A DNA stretch of 64,000 nt from a virus (IMGVR_UViG_3300044735_000130:6176-70175), one strand, 5' to 3'. Shown: positions 30,601 through 39,325, numbered from the stretch's first letter. Numbers and translations: made by a program. Notes: generated from the sequence alone by a model not told the origin.

Positions 30601-31652
30601 AGAACCGCTTTGGCGAAATGAACTTTGATAACCTCTTCTGGAATCGCAGCTTCAAGACCGCCATGCAGCTGATGTTCCGCTCGGTGACCTGGAAGCTGGG
30701 ATCGCTCCGCGGCATGGGCAGCGCGGTATGGAATCAGGGGCGGATTCTGGCTGAAGCCACCGCTCTCATTAAGGATGCGGAGGGGCAGCGGGGCTTTAAG
30801 CGGCCGAAACTCGATCCCAGCGCGGCCTGGATGCTCGGGGTGCTTTCGACCACGGCCACCTTAAGCACGATCATTCAAAAATCTCTGACCGGCCAGTGGC
30901 CCCAGCAGCCCATTGACTTTATGTTTCCGAAGGATGGCACGAAGGACAAGAACGGGAATGACAACCGCGTTTCTCTCCCGACCTACCTGCGCGACGCTTT
31001 TTCCTTCAAGCACAATCCTGTTACCTATGTCGCCCATTCCACCTCCGGCTTGGCCGCCCACCTTTTCGACGTGCTGCAAAACCGGGACTTCTACGGCGAC
31101 TTCGTTTTCGATCCGGATGGATCGCTGACCAGTAAGGCTTGGGATATCGCGAAGTATATGGCTCCGAAGCCTTTCTCCGCCACGCAACTGACACAGTCGC
31201 TTCAGAGCACAGGGCCGGCGGCGAATAAAGCGCTTGGCCTACTCGGCGTCTATAAGGCTCCGAAGGAATATATCCAAACCCCCTTCCAGGAAGAGCTGGC
31301 AAGGGCTTTTGAGCGCCAGGTCGGGTTCAAGCCGAAGACGCCGGAGCAGAAGGAACTGAAGCAGGAGAAGCGCGACTACCTGCAAAAGTTGCGGGAGGGC
31401 AAGGTCAGCGGCGCCGAGATTCTGGATGCAACCGAAAAAGGCCTGGTCAAGCCGAAATCCGTCCGCCGCGACGTGAAGATGTCCGGGCTCTCCCCCATGC
31501 AGTACATGTGGAAGATGCTTTCCAAGGACGAAAAGATGCGCCTCGACCCTCTTATGAGCGACGAGGAACGAAAGATCCTGATGTGGCCGCGGATGCCCAA
31601 GATGCCCGAGCTCCCCAAGCCCGGGCAAAAGGCCGCTCCCGCAAAGACTTAA
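24639..31652 (+). CDS. Giant polyvalent ejection protein: N-terminal lytic transglycosylase, central domains, HExxH motif
   Basis: MMLRESGGNPGATSSANARGLMQLIPST..ALAAYNWGPG (SLT); ADLSTLFHEYFH; 2337 aa. Confidence 0.85.
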   Translation: MSAWDDFVQGYTADAQQPAAEPLPDDIPDIDSDYAAKHKRAAVYYPIIDRYAKDYPDVPDLAGYAKAMMLRESGGNPGATSSANARGLMQLIPSTYADMGGDPSNAYDPEDNLKYGVKYIANQYRDYGDWKSALAAYNWGPGKVDAYGTSSLPPETDNYIKAVNAYRKRLKPSGFEFFTDEAPAAPDSAGNAWNQFVQDYAQNPTSSPAAPTGQRMQDVNPAFAPFVPPGMPLVQSSPQAAKIEAQDKRQKAQLEAEGAEYYQAAAGETPQPTGAPVGQPQPLQAVNPTAAPFAPPGMPPLQSYATPTPSVNTTTPESYQASKMGVDRGALAPLGDLEAMSSTLTRRLIETLQGKSLFEAAGERMEATKAALEHKQYLQSPQYQQDLAQAYAKKQQGQELNPQEEAALKADPSFWQEMGDLAKQFAQDPGEMVKEFGLQTLKDLPTFLLTGEGIGGLLKLKTVGEVGKSAEGILGAQRAAALGKIGQEAAQNVGAVGAVNYPQAVAGGQDYGPKEVARDVLTGAIIGGAAHALGKAPEALKAEPEATPKAPATPEAAGPTPEAEAQRALQNAALIANVRKAGAEAGIPPDHVELFLQKYKNDLQRTDEPLEFVVERMIKEEAPQNIVHVGDQVYRSLLVDRPAGAGGRYLAVNPEDVGRLGLYKGMASNPEPMTPAEMWSRMGVPVKIDPAAPKLNDLAHTFLQHEGEDVGARATNRYIGVDTPDKEYGFSADDLATALINRPRGKEALEREVKAATQGQDQAAYDQEQEAAWNALTPEQQAEHQRQWAESARQEPAPVDEGLPDEGPSPIALNPDMEALRKAYNAGELQQKGSPKLMQMGSDKEGAKPAFYSQLERVVEDKMPNAMGPEALKNMLKANAVKDEEIKWTGLDDLLRGKEKVTKKEVQDHLAQNQIQIEEVHKANRNRREAGGETAFAEEGDDGRWHVYGEAANEGDIYDTESEAKAKVAEYNRNLPTSPTKYEGYQEPGAHNYRELLLTKPRENFERQRADIVAEIKRAHEAYDMEAYHKANQQLRDLNARSILKTDIYRSSHWDEPNVLAHVRFNDRVTPDGKKVLHLEEVQSDWHQAGRKKGYELPKGKTPSLAEAKEFFGISNEAWDKMSPEDRQSYVDEIVAGGNHLKGGVPDAPFKKTWHEMALRRMLRYAAENGYDYMTWTGGEKQAARYDLSKHIDRIQYVKEDGKYWVGALKNDREIPGLENKAMDEHELEATFGKEIASKIVNGEGSSIPGGPEKELSGLDLKVGGEGMKGFYDKIVPEYLNKYAKKWGAKVERVPIDWDPAIVNGEVQLGVPHGRLMDHYQGIPITPEMKASVMEGQPLFQGTDVKKGSYQFDERLQKHVISLVKGQADLSTLFHEYFHYLEQSGALSPAERGILGNALKAYGIQNIYDQRDRFTPEAAEKAARWYERWLRDGKVRDPELQPVFDKISSALREIYKTTRGTELTEVPEKVAKVFKTLPEMERPEAPEENLSSEMAGTEPVEKGPQGDVVLQSMMVPGLKEFIEQDAAPVTRETKQAFKDLLGDITKVLSPRTGVRTDALDMVYRMKGDREKAMYTISEGMRSIKKMFIKMGDEANIAFIDRIKRGEKQPTEKLQRIADTYRELEDETFKEFILNKPTLAYKEGHFRLFYSNYKILDANPKLKASLEGGKGFMKKMIFPDLTSAMEAGLTPISLNPQVLFEKSYADALRYISAQRMWRAIKDRGLAVFVKTGERPPDGYAKLDDKISRVYFKGPRDEFEKTGDYYVESNVARILNNYLSEDWLRSRAYGRGLLALKNLTTGIELSISPFHFMFETLDAMASKFGLGLTKLVNQGDIKGGLSDLATAWKAPYDFARTGGKALKYFANKEAFSKSVGGQKFLQRFPDVESLMDDLFLGGGKLAMHEDYKVNSLDTFKQNLTSHNYIGALLRAFPAANELMMKPLFEVYIPRLKVGLFLHEMSQQLSQHADALALGKESRAKLARETWDRVENRFGEMNFDNLFWNRSFKTAMQLMFRSVTWKLGSLRGMGSAVWNQGRILAEATALIKDAEGQRGFKRPKLDPSAAWMLGVLSTTATLSTIIQKSLTGQWPQQPIDFMFPKDGTKDKNGNDNRVSLPTYLRDAFSFKHNPVTYVAHSTSGLAAHLFDVLQNRDFYGDFVFDPDGSLTSKAWDIAKYMAPKPFSATQLTQSLQSTGPAANKALGLLGVYKAPKEYIQTPFQEELARAFERQVGFKPKTPEQKELKQEKRDYLQKLREGKVSGAEILDATEKGLVKPKSVRRDVKMSGLSPMQYMWKMLSKDEKMRLDPLMSDEERKILMWPRMPKMPELPKPGQKAAPAKT

Positions 31653-34363
31653 GCCTCGATGGCCTGAAGCTCCCGCTCATACCACGCTTTCAACCTTTCC
31701 CGGACCTGCGGCTTCCAGGCTGGCGCAAAGGTCGGGAAAAGCGTCGGGATGGGCGTTTTCAGGAATTTCCGGTAGAGGTCCGCCTGAAAGCCCTCCTCCA
31801 GCTCCGCGCGCAGACACAGCGCATCCGCGAAATCGGTCATTTTCAGCTTCCGCAACGCCAGGTCTTTAAGGCCCATCTTGTAGAAGGCGTATCCGACTAA
31901 GAAGGCGAGGTAGGCTCTGAATTCCGGTTCCGGGGTGCCCGCCTCCGCCACCTCCGCCCAGATAATGGCATCCGCCCAGCGCTCCATGGCGGCATAAGAG
32001 ACCGCTTGCTGATAGTCCCGCCAGGGCGAAGGCTTCATTTGACCCAGAATACGAAGGTTCCGTCCTTGCTTACGCTCGTTGGCAGCCAGGTCACTGGATC
32101 CGAGGTGATCGATCTGTAGAACGGAGAGAGCGAGGGTGGTAAGACCGATATCGCGGGCCGCCGGATCCACGGATTCGTGTAAAGGTTCGCGGAACTCCAG
32201 GGTGGACAGATTCTTAAACAGGCGGGTTTGGTAGCCGGCTTGTCCGCGCACCCCATCCCGGACATCTGTGACCAGGAAGCGGAAGGCTCCGGGATTCGTA
32301 ACGCCAAGCTTCCGAAAGGTCCAAGTCCCGAATTCGGAAAGGCGGCGTTGGGTATCCTCGGGTAAGCGTTCATCCGCATCGATGTAAAAAATCCAGTCTC
32401 CTGTACACTTGCTCTTGGCAAAATTCCGTGCGGCGGAGAAATCATCATTCCAAGGATATTGGAACACGCTAAGCTTGCCCCGGCGAAATAGAAGGCTTGG
32501 GTCAGCCACCACGGCGCCCTCCGGATGCGAAAGCGCCAGGGGAACAAAGTAATCGCCATAGAGCTTTTCCACCGTTTCATCTTCCGACCCCGTATCCACG
32601 ATGACGATTTCATCCGCCCACTGCAGCTGCTTGAGGCACGCATCCATATGCGCTTCTTCGTTCTTGACGATCATGAGCGCGGAGATTTTAGGCCGGGCGC
32701 GCGGCACCTTGGCCAAAAGGGCTTTCAGCTCCTCAACGCGCGCCGCGAAGGTATGTCTTGTACGCGCCTCCTCGGTCCCTGCGTGGGCGATCGCGGCGCG
32801 CTCATCTTCATGTTCCAGGTAGTAAGCGATCTTTGCCTTCAGGTCGTCGCGGTCCGTCCATTCCACGAAGTGCTTGCCCGGGACAAGGCCCAGGTACTTT
32901 TCAATCTGATCGACCTTTTGCTGCAAAAGCAGACAGCCGCCAGCAGCAAGGATCATGAATGTGCGGTCGCTGCAGAAAGCGGTGGCTTCGAAAAACTGGT
33001 TGTCGCCGATAGCCATTTTGGAAGCGCGGTATAATTCACCCGTGCGCTGGTAGTTGTATAGGCTTTCACCAGAACTAATCCCATCCGGATAGCCATTTCC
33101 AAATACGGCCGTCTCATAGGGCAGAGCCTTGATCCAGCGAGCCAGACTGAGGCGGTCTTCGCTGTAGTTGTTGCCCAGAAAGACAACGTCGCGGATTTTA
33201 GGAAATCCCGGATTCCCAAAATATAGGAGCGTCGGCTCCCAGGCATTTTGCCAGTAGGCAGCCCGGATGCCGACCGCCTCATAGCGGGGCAATAGGGAGG
33301 CGTTGACGGTCAGGTGGTAGTCGTAATGCCGGAGGATTTCCATCATCTCCGGATCGGCCTGGTTCGGGTAGACGTCCCCGTTCCAGTTGACCATGTACCC
33401 CTTGCAGGAGGTCTTGATCCGCCGCACGTCCTCGATGCTGGTGTTCTGCGCGACGTGGAATTGCGTTAAGACGTAATGGGGCGCCCACGCCTCCGCCGCC
33501 TCCGCCACGGATTCCCCCGAGTAAACGTAGTCGACCTCCCAGAGGGGGCCGAGGGCCTTCAGCGCTTCGCGGAGGCCTTTTTTCTGCTCTTTCTGGACTT
33601 TGTATCCCCCTTCGATGATGGGGGCGTAAAGAACCCGCTTGCGATCTTCGGTAAGCGGATTGGGGTAGAGAGGGGTTGGCGAAACGTGAAAACCCTGGGG
33701 AAAGGTTTTCCAGAGATTCTGGTCAGGGTGACGGTGATCGTTATTGAGCCTTCTAAGGTCGTCTTGGGGCGTGCGGTCGTGGATTTTGCAGCCTTCGATG
33801 GGGACGACGCGGTACCCGCTTTCGTAGACTTTGGCCGAGATGTAATTGTCGCCACCATAGGTTCGTCCTCCCCAGTTTCCCCATCCGCCGCACGTGTCCC
33901 ACAACCACTTCGGGATGATCCCCACTTGCATGTAGGGCTCCCAGCGTGGATCGCTTTCGCCGGGATAGTAGATCGGCATCGCTTCCACGTGCCAATCCTT
34001 GCCATTCCGGTCCTGGTAAAAACAGCCCGCGCCGACGTCTGGATTATCCATCATAAACGCCAAAGCGCGCGCAAGCGTAAAATCTACAAATTCGATATCG
34101 TCGTTGGCAGGGACCAGGTAATCGCCCCTCGCCACGGCTCCGGCATCGTTGAAAGCCTTAATGGCTCCTTTAAGCTCGCCATGCTCAATGACCACGCAAT
34201 CGGGTTCACCATGGAGGTAGGTCAACGTGCCATCGGTCGAGCCGCCATCGGCGACCACAAATTCGTAGTCAATGCCTTTCGGCATGGATTTCCGGGCCGA
34301 TTCGATCATGGCCTTGAGATACGGCAGGCGGTTGTAGGTGCCGGTGATGATGGACAGGAGCAT
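31649..34363 (-). CDS. Multidomain glycosyltransferase (GT2 + CgeB-like GT-B + GT2 + TPR-like)
   Basis: SIITGTYNR..VVADGGSTDGT..NDD; DVVFLGNNY..FMILAAGG; ISALMIVKNEE..VIVDTGSED..FSAARN..IDADE. Confidence 0.88.
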   Translation of the reverse strand: MLLSIITGTYNRLPYLKAMIESARKSMPKGIDYEFVVADGGSTDGTLTYLHGEPDCVVIEHGELKGAIKAFNDAGAVARGDYLVPANDDIEFVDFTLARALAFMMDNPDVGAGCFYQDRNGKDWHVEAMPIYYPGESDPRWEPYMQVGIIPKWLWDTCGGWGNWGGRTYGGDNYISAKVYESGYRVVPIEGCKIHDRTPQDDLRRLNNDHRHPDQNLWKTFPQGFHVSPTPLYPNPLTEDRKRVLYAPIIEGGYKVQKEQKKGLREALKALGPLWEVDYVYSGESVAEAAEAWAPHYVLTQFHVAQNTSIEDVRRIKTSCKGYMVNWNGDVYPNQADPEMMEILRHYDYHLTVNASLLPRYEAVGIRAAYWQNAWEPTLLYFGNPGFPKIRDVVFLGNNYSEDRLSLARWIKALPYETAVFGNGYPDGISSGESLYNYQRTGELYRASKMAIGDNQFFEATAFCSDRTFMILAAGGCLLLQQKVDQIEKYLGLVPGKHFVEWTDRDDLKAKIAYYLEHEDERAAIAHAGTEEARTRHTFAARVEELKALLAKVPRARPKISALMIVKNEEAHMDACLKQLQWADEIVIVDTGSEDETVEKLYGDYFVPLALSHPEGAVVADPSLLFRRGKLSVFQYPWNDDFSAARNFAKSKCTGDWIFYIDADERLPEDTQRRLSEFGTWTFRKLGVTNPGAFRFLVTDVRDGVRGQAGYQTRLFKNLSTLEFREPLHESVDPAARDIGLTTLALSVLQIDHLGSSDLAANERKQGRNLRILGQMKPSPWRDYQQAVSYAAMERWADAIIWAEVAEAGTPEPEFRAYLAFLVGYAFYKMGLKDLALRKLKMTDFADALCLRAELEEGFQADLYRKFLKTPIPTLFPTFAPAWKPQVRERLKAWYERELQAIEA

Positions 34364-34364
34364 C

Positions 34365-34460
34365 TTATTTCCTTGCTAGGTAGGCTAAGGCAACGATCTC
34401 GATAACCAGGAATGCAACCGTAAGGAATCGCATCAAATCCGAAAATTTCTCGTCGCTCAT
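34365..34460 (-). CDS. 31-aa single-TM peptide
   Basis: MSDEKFSDLMRFLTVAFLVIEIVALAYLARK; overlaps the upstream stop. Confidence 0.45.
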   Translation of the reverse strand: MSDEKFSDLMRFLTVAFLVIEIVALAYLARK

Positions 34461-35026
34461 GGCTTGATCACCACCCCGAAGCCCGTATCGTGCAGATGCG
34501 GAAGCTCGATTTTTGGCCAGGTGATCGCGTCCCAGAATTCGCGGATGCCGGTCGGGAGGTTGATGTCGTCCATGATGATGAGGCCGCCCGAGCGAACCAA
34601 AGGAACGTACCATTGCCATTCCCCAGAAACCTGGTTCCCACTATGCTCGCCATCCTCGAAGAACAGATCGTACCCATGATTGGGGGAATACGTATTGACC
34701 AATTCGCTAAGGTCCGCCGGCAGGCCCGGAACCCGATTTACGTTGTCATGCAGGAAGGTAATGTTCGGGAAGGGGCGGATTCGGTCCTCGATGACGGGGC
34801 TTGCGGCCTGGTCCACGGTCACGATGCGGTTATCCGCGCGGGCGGCCGCCATGTGGCATGCAGAATCCCCTTTATCCGTTCCAATCTCCAGAATCATCGC
34901 CGGCCCGATGGCTTTGGCGACGTGATACAGGAACCCGTAGTATGGGTAGTTGTGCGGATTCTGCAGCGTCGGGAGCTGAGGCGCTTCCCAGTAGGACATT
35001 TCATGCAGCCGATCTAGGGTCAGCAT
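34457..35026 (-). CDS. Class I SAM-dependent methyltransferase (Methyltransf_24-like)
   Basis: ILEIGTDKGDS; DLFFEDGEH; GGLIIMDD. Confidence 0.85.
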   Translation of the reverse strand: MLTLDRLHEMSYWEAPQLPTLQNPHNYPYYGFLYHVAKAIGPAMILEIGTDKGDSACHMAAARADNRIVTVDQAASPVIEDRIRPFPNITFLHDNVNRVPGLPADLSELVNTYSPNHGYDLFFEDGEHSGNQVSGEWQWYVPLVRSGGLIIMDDINLPTGIREFWDAITWPKIELPHLHDTGFGVVIKP

Positions 35027-35787
35027 ATCGGCTCCTTGCCGTAAAGCGGATGTTTCTTCAAGACCTCGGGAAGATTGGCGACGTCATAGTCTTCCGCGTT
35101 CCAGAAGTTGAAGACGACGGGATGCAGATCGGTTTGCGCATGTGCGAGCCATTTGGTTTCGTACCAGTCGGGACGGAATTCCGGTCGGTGGCCGCTGCAC
35201 TGCAGCTTGTAGGCGATATAGGCGGAGGGTTGGGCGTAACCCATGTGGTGCAGGTACCATTTCCCTTTGGCGTCGAGGTACCGCTCCCCTTCCCCACCGC
35301 CCTTAAGGCGGTTGAGGCGAATGGGCATTTGGCCATCCTTGCACACCCGGCTAAAGGACTGCCAGAAATGCACAATGGGAACCCGGTAATCGCGCGCATA
35401 GGGCCGCCACGGTTGCCCATCCTGCAGATCCTCGTCAGCCTGCCGGATCATCTCATCGACCATGCCCGGCGGCCAGATCTCGTCCGAGTCCAGGCGGATA
35501 GCCCAGTCGTAGTCGTTCGCGAAAATGCGGAAGGCGTTCACGTGGTCGCCCTCATTTCCCCACTTCCCTTGGACCCACGTCACCTTATCCCAATAGGGAT
35601 TGCAGGCTTGCATGAGGTCGTCCATGGAATCGGGGCATTTCATCTCCGGGAGAAAGCCCTGGGACGGCTCATCGGTATACAGGATCACGATCTTGTCCAC
35701 TTGGTCGTAGATCGCTTCCAGGGCGGCCGCCAGATACGGCTTGCCGTAATGCAAGATCATGTAGGCTAGCTTACGCGGCTCCGCCAT
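35020..35787 (-). CDS. GT-A fold glycosyltransferase
   Basis: Y.I.HYGKPYL..L.AIY..VDKIVI; AIRLDSDE DxD motif. Confidence 0.7.
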   Translation of the reverse strand: MAEPRKLAYMILHYGKPYLAAALEAIYDQVDKIVILYTDEPSQGFLPEMKCPDSMDDLMQACNPYWDKVTWVQGKWGNEGDHVNAFRIFANDYDWAIRLDSDEIWPPGMVDEMIRQADEDLQDGQPWRPYARDYRVPIVHFWQSFSRVCKDGQMPIRLNRLKGGGEGERYLDAKGKWYLHHMGYAQPSAYIAYKLQCSGHRPEFRPDWYETKWLAHAQTDLHPVVFNFWNAEDYDVANLPEVLKKHPLYGKEPIC

Positions 35788-36913
35788 TTTTCCTCCATTC
35801 CAGGTGTACGGCTTCGGTAAATTTCTCGATGATGTAGTCCTGGTCCGACTCCGTCAGGGCATCATGGCAGGGGAGCGTCAAGAGCTTGGGCCAGACGGCA
35901 TTGGTCTGCGTTAACGGAACGCGCTCCGCCTTGGCCCAGTAGGTCATCTTGTTCAAGGGCTTAAAGTGGACGGAGGTCGAGATCCCTGCGGCCGCAAGGC
36001 GCGCGGCAATGGCATCGCGGTTTTCCGTTTTGAGGGTGTAGTATTGCACCGTATGGGACCATTCGGGCAGCGTCACTCCGGGAAGTTCATGGAAGGCCGA
36101 GTTATACTGGGCCTGGATGCGCCGGCGCTTGGCAAGGAGATCGTCTAGGCGTCGGAGATTTCCTAGGGCTAGGCACGCGTTAATATCGTTCATGTAGGCC
36201 TTTAAGCCCGTATGCTTGATATCGTAGTCCCAGCTATAGGATGCGCCTTTAGCCCGATTGTAGGTCGTATCGCTTTTGTTGATCCCGCACCAGGTCAGGT
36301 CCCGAAGCCTTTGAGCAATATCATCGTGATTGGTTGTGACCATGCCGCCATCCCCCGCCGGGAGCGTTTTGACTGCCTGGAACGACCAAATCGCGATATC
36401 GCCTTTTAGGCCCGCCGAGGGGGTGAGGCACGCGTGGGCGCAGTCTTCAATGACCAGGATTTTGAATCCCGTTTTCCGCTCCTGCTCGCGGACGCGGGAC
36501 AGAATTTGTCCCATATCCGCCAGGCGTCCATGCGAATGCACGACGATGATCGCCTGGGTGCGCTCGCTTAAGGGCAGGGAGCCCGGAGCCAGGCAGAGCG
36601 TATGGGGATTAATATCCCCAAAGACCACCTCCATGTCGTTCCATTCGCCCACCAAGGCGTCAGAAACGAAGGTCATGGCCGGCGTAATCAGTTCGCCCCC
36701 CCCAACCCCATGGGCCTTTAGAGCTAGATCCAGGGCGGCCGTTCCGGAGGACACGGCGATGGCGTGCTTGACGCCAACGCGCTTTGCGAATTCGGCTTCG
36801 AATTCGGCGGTCACGGGCCCCTGCCCGACCCAACCCGAATCCAAGACCTTCATCATGGCTGCCTTGGTGGCTTCGTCAAAGGTCGGCTGGAGGACGCGGA
36901 TACTAGGTTGCAT
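35771..36913 (-). CDS. DegT/DnrJ/EryC1/StrS family PLP sugar aminotransferase
   Basis: GWVGQGP..FEAEFA; AVSSGTAALDLAL; VIEDCAHA; SFQAVKTL..GDGG. Confidence 0.93.
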   Translation of the reverse strand: MQPSIRVLQPTFDEATKAAMMKVLDSGWVGQGPVTAEFEAEFAKRVGVKHAIAVSSGTAALDLALKAHGVGGGELITPAMTFVSDALVGEWNDMEVVFGDINPHTLCLAPGSLPLSERTQAIIVVHSHGRLADMGQILSRVREQERKTGFKILVIEDCAHACLTPSAGLKGDIAIWSFQAVKTLPAGDGGMVTTNHDDIAQRLRDLTWCGINKSDTTYNRAKGASYSWDYDIKHTGLKAYMNDINACLALGNLRRLDDLLAKRRRIQAQYNSAFHELPGVTLPEWSHTVQYYTLKTENRDAIAARLAAAGISTSVHFKPLNKMTYWAKAERVPLTQTNAVWPKLLTLPCHDALTESDQDYIIEKFTEAVHLEWRKNGGAA

Positions 36914-37613
36914 AGCCCTTCCTTATTTTCAGTTGGGTCCAGGCGGAGAGGTCTAGGGAGCAATCCCGTGGCACAGGGATAGGAGCATGGGCAATCGAAT
37001 TAGGGCGAACCTCGGGCCGCGTCTGGCGCGCCAAATCCAGCATAGTTTTCCGGCCTGTACCGATATGCAGGATTTTAGGCAGGTCCGCAAACCAGTCGAT
37101 CGCCAGGTTGATTTCCTTAGCGATAGCATCGACGTAATCCCCGGACGTCCATTGGTCGTCATAAGCCACGTCAAAAGGCCACGGGCTGGGCTTGAAGATG
37201 CAGCGGAGAATCGTCCCCCACGGCCGCGTCTGCTGCTCGCCAATGAGCTTTGTCAGGGCATAGTAGTTGATGGGATTCGGGAAGTCCTGCTCGCTATAGA
37301 GGCCTACCTTACCATCGAAGACATATTCGGTCGAGATATAGACCATCGGGATCCGATGGGCGATCAGGTTCCGCGTGCCTTCGACATTGGTCTGCCAGCA
37401 CGCCTCCCGTTCCTGATCGGCCTTGGAGGTATTGGTATAGGCCGCGGCATGGACGATCAAATCCACCTTATCCTTGATCGGAGTCAGGTACCGATGGACC
37501 GAAAGAAAGCTGGTGATGTCCATCTCCTGCCGTGTCGGCACGTAGTCGAAGGCGCGGAGCTTCCGGAGCTCGGTTCCAAGGCGGCCGCTGCCGCCGGTTA
37601 GAAGAATGCGCAT
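36903..37613 (-). CDS. RmlD-like dTDP-4-dehydrorhamnose reductase (SDR)
   Basis: ILLTGGSGRLG; VHAAAYT; YISTEYVFDG; NYYALTKL. Confidence 0.88.
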   Translation of the reverse strand: MRILLTGGSGRLGTELRKLRAFDYVPTRQEMDITSFLSVHRYLTPIKDKVDLIVHAAAYTNTSKADQEREACWQTNVEGTRNLIAHRIPMVYISTEYVFDGKVGLYSEQDFPNPINYYALTKLIGEQQTRPWGTILRCIFKPSPWPFDVAYDDQWTSGDYVDAIAKEINLAIDWFADLPKILHIGTGRKTMLDLARQTRPEVRPNSIAHAPIPVPRDCSLDLSAWTQLKIRKGYAT

Positions 37614-38413
37614 CCATCCACCGCACTTTCTACGCACGTCCGAAATGGGAGCGCACGCGTGATCATGTTGTAGTTGTACTCCACCATTTCTTCGAGGACT
37701 TCTTCGCTCAAGGAGCGCAGCTCATTCAGCTCCGGATCGAAGCCGATGAACTTATAGGGGTAGCTATCTCCCACCTCTTCCGCGACGATGGGGAGGCGCC
37801 AGCATGCGAACAAGACGGCCCGGAGCGGGGTCATGATGGGATGCGGCGTCTGGTGCAGCATGAGGCCCCACCGGGAATGAGCGAGGGTATGCCGGCGCCC
37901 CATCGGATCGAAGGTGGCGGGAGCCAAAAGAAACCCGTTAGCCTCCAGCTGATAGAGCTTCTGCGCCCGAGAACCATACGCATAGGCCAGGTGAATCAGG
38001 TCCCAGACCTTGGGCAGCGCCGGCGCGCCGCCGAGTTCGACGTGCCCACCGAGCGGGACGTAACGGACGCGGGGATGGTTGGCTAGGGCATATTGGGTCT
38101 TGTCCGAAACCCACGTTTCATCAAACCAAGGAAACCACTCGGTCCCCGGTCGCTCCAGCTCCCAATGGACAGCCTTGCAAAGGCGAGGGCGGCTTTTGAG
38201 CGCCGCCTCAACGTACCCGTTGTTGGGAGCGAAGATGTAGGTATTGTCTGAATCGAATTCGATGTCCCCGATTTCGCAGGTCTTGAAGCCAGAAAGGCGC
38301 ACCAGGGCGCGGAAGTCGGTGTAGGAGGCGCTGCCTCCCGGATGCGGATCCAGCCATTCATAGGCGGTTCCATGGTCGTTCCGCACGTTGACGAAGACAA
38401 TGTCTCCTGACAT
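37598..38413 (-). CDS. Probable GT-B-like glycosyltransferase, first gene of the cluster
   Basis: 271 aa; YVPLGGH..L..WDLIHLAY..R pattern; cluster context. Confidence 0.5.
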   Translation of the reverse strand: MSGDIVFVNVRNDHGTAYEWLDPHPGGSASYTDFRALVRLSGFKTCEIGDIEFDSDNTYIFAPNNGYVEAALKSRPRLCKAVHWELERPGTEWFPWFDETWVSDKTQYALANHPRVRYVPLGGHVELGGAPALPKVWDLIHLAYAYGSRAQKLYQLEANGFLLAPATFDPMGRRHTLAHSRWGLMLHQTPHPIMTPLRAVLFACWRLPIVAEEVGDSYPYKFIGFDPELNELRSLSEEVLEEMVEYNYNMITRALPFRTCVESAVDGCAFF

Positions 38414-38419
38414 GCAGTC

Positions 38420-38448
38420 ATTCTAGCACGGCCAAATGGAAGAAATCC
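38420..38448 (-). promoter_or_regulatory. Promoter of the glycosylation operon (leaderless)
   Basis: GGATTT-N17-TAGAAT with TG extension, 6 nt before the ATG. Confidence 0.55.
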
Positions 38449-38545
38449 GAAAAAGTCAAGGAATTTTTATTCCCCATTAAATGAGCAAAGGGCTAGAAAA
38501 TCAAGGATTTAGGGGGATTGGGTTCTATCCACAGCCTATTCACCC

Positions 38546-38575
38546 TTGCTTTTTTCGTTCTAGAATGGGTAAGCT
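38546..38575 (+). promoter_or_regulatory. Promoter with CGTTCTAGAAT box in the spacer
   Basis: TTGCTT-N18-TAAGCT; box at 38556-38566. Confidence 0.55.
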
Positions 38576-38750
38576 AGCACGGGGTTTGGACTTGGAACAA
38601 CGCAGAAAGCTTTATTCCAGGTTATCCCCAACTTAATCCTATAAGGATATCCCCATGCACGATCTCAATCGGGACTTGTCTAATGCTCATTTAATGGGTA
38701 TTATTCCAGAGCGTGACGACCCGTCTATCGTCACGAATAGGAGCAAAGAC

Positions 38751-39089
38751 ATGGTGAATAAGACTTTGAAAAAGGAGCTGGAGAGCTGTAATGTCCCTCA
38801 GCTTCGCCAGGTGGCGCACGCTGTTTTAGGCAAGGGCACGTGGATTTCCATCGGGAGCAAGCGCGAGATTATCGATCGCGTTCTGGATCACGTTCAGAAA
38901 TTAGAGGAGCCCGATCAAAAAGAAGTCCTTCGCATCGTAAAAGAAGTGCAGGCAGGGACCTGGAAGAAAAAGAAGGAAACGATTGTCTTCACGCCCCGCA
39001 TGAAGAATCTTCTAGCCATGATCGGCGCTGAAATCGGGCGGGAGATCGTGAAGCAGATTCAGAAGGCCGACCTGGAGAGCCTTCTCTGA
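38751..39089 (+). CDS. Hypothetical protein
   Basis: Start placed after the AGGAGCAAAGAC RBS (MVNKTLKKEL...). Confidence 0.65.
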   Translation: MVNKTLKKELESCNVPQLRQVAHAVLGKGTWISIGSKREIIDRVLDHVQKLEEPDQKEVLRIVKEVQAGTWKKKKETIVFTPRMKNLLAMIGAEIGREIVKQIQKADLESLL

Positions 39090-39325
39090 TGCTCGCGCCC
39101 ACCGAAACCCCGCATTCGGAAGCGTCCATGATTGTGCTGGTACAAGAGTCTGGCCCGACCAAAAGCCATCCTCCCCACCTGGCCGAAGCCATCCAAGCGC
39201 TCCGCAACATATACGGGCCGAAGAACATCGTCTTCGACCTGGAAGAAAAACCCTACAGCCCCCCTACCCTGGTTGCGTTCTATGTCCACAATGGTCAAAG
39301 CACGCGCCTTGGGCCCGTTCGATAA
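39089..39325 (+). CDS. Hypothetical protein
   Basis: TGATG coupling with the upstream gene. Confidence 0.45.
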   Translation: MLAPTETPHSEASMIVLVQESGPTKSHPPHLAEAIQALRNIYGPKNIVFDLEEKPYSPPTLVAFYVHNGQSTRLGPVR

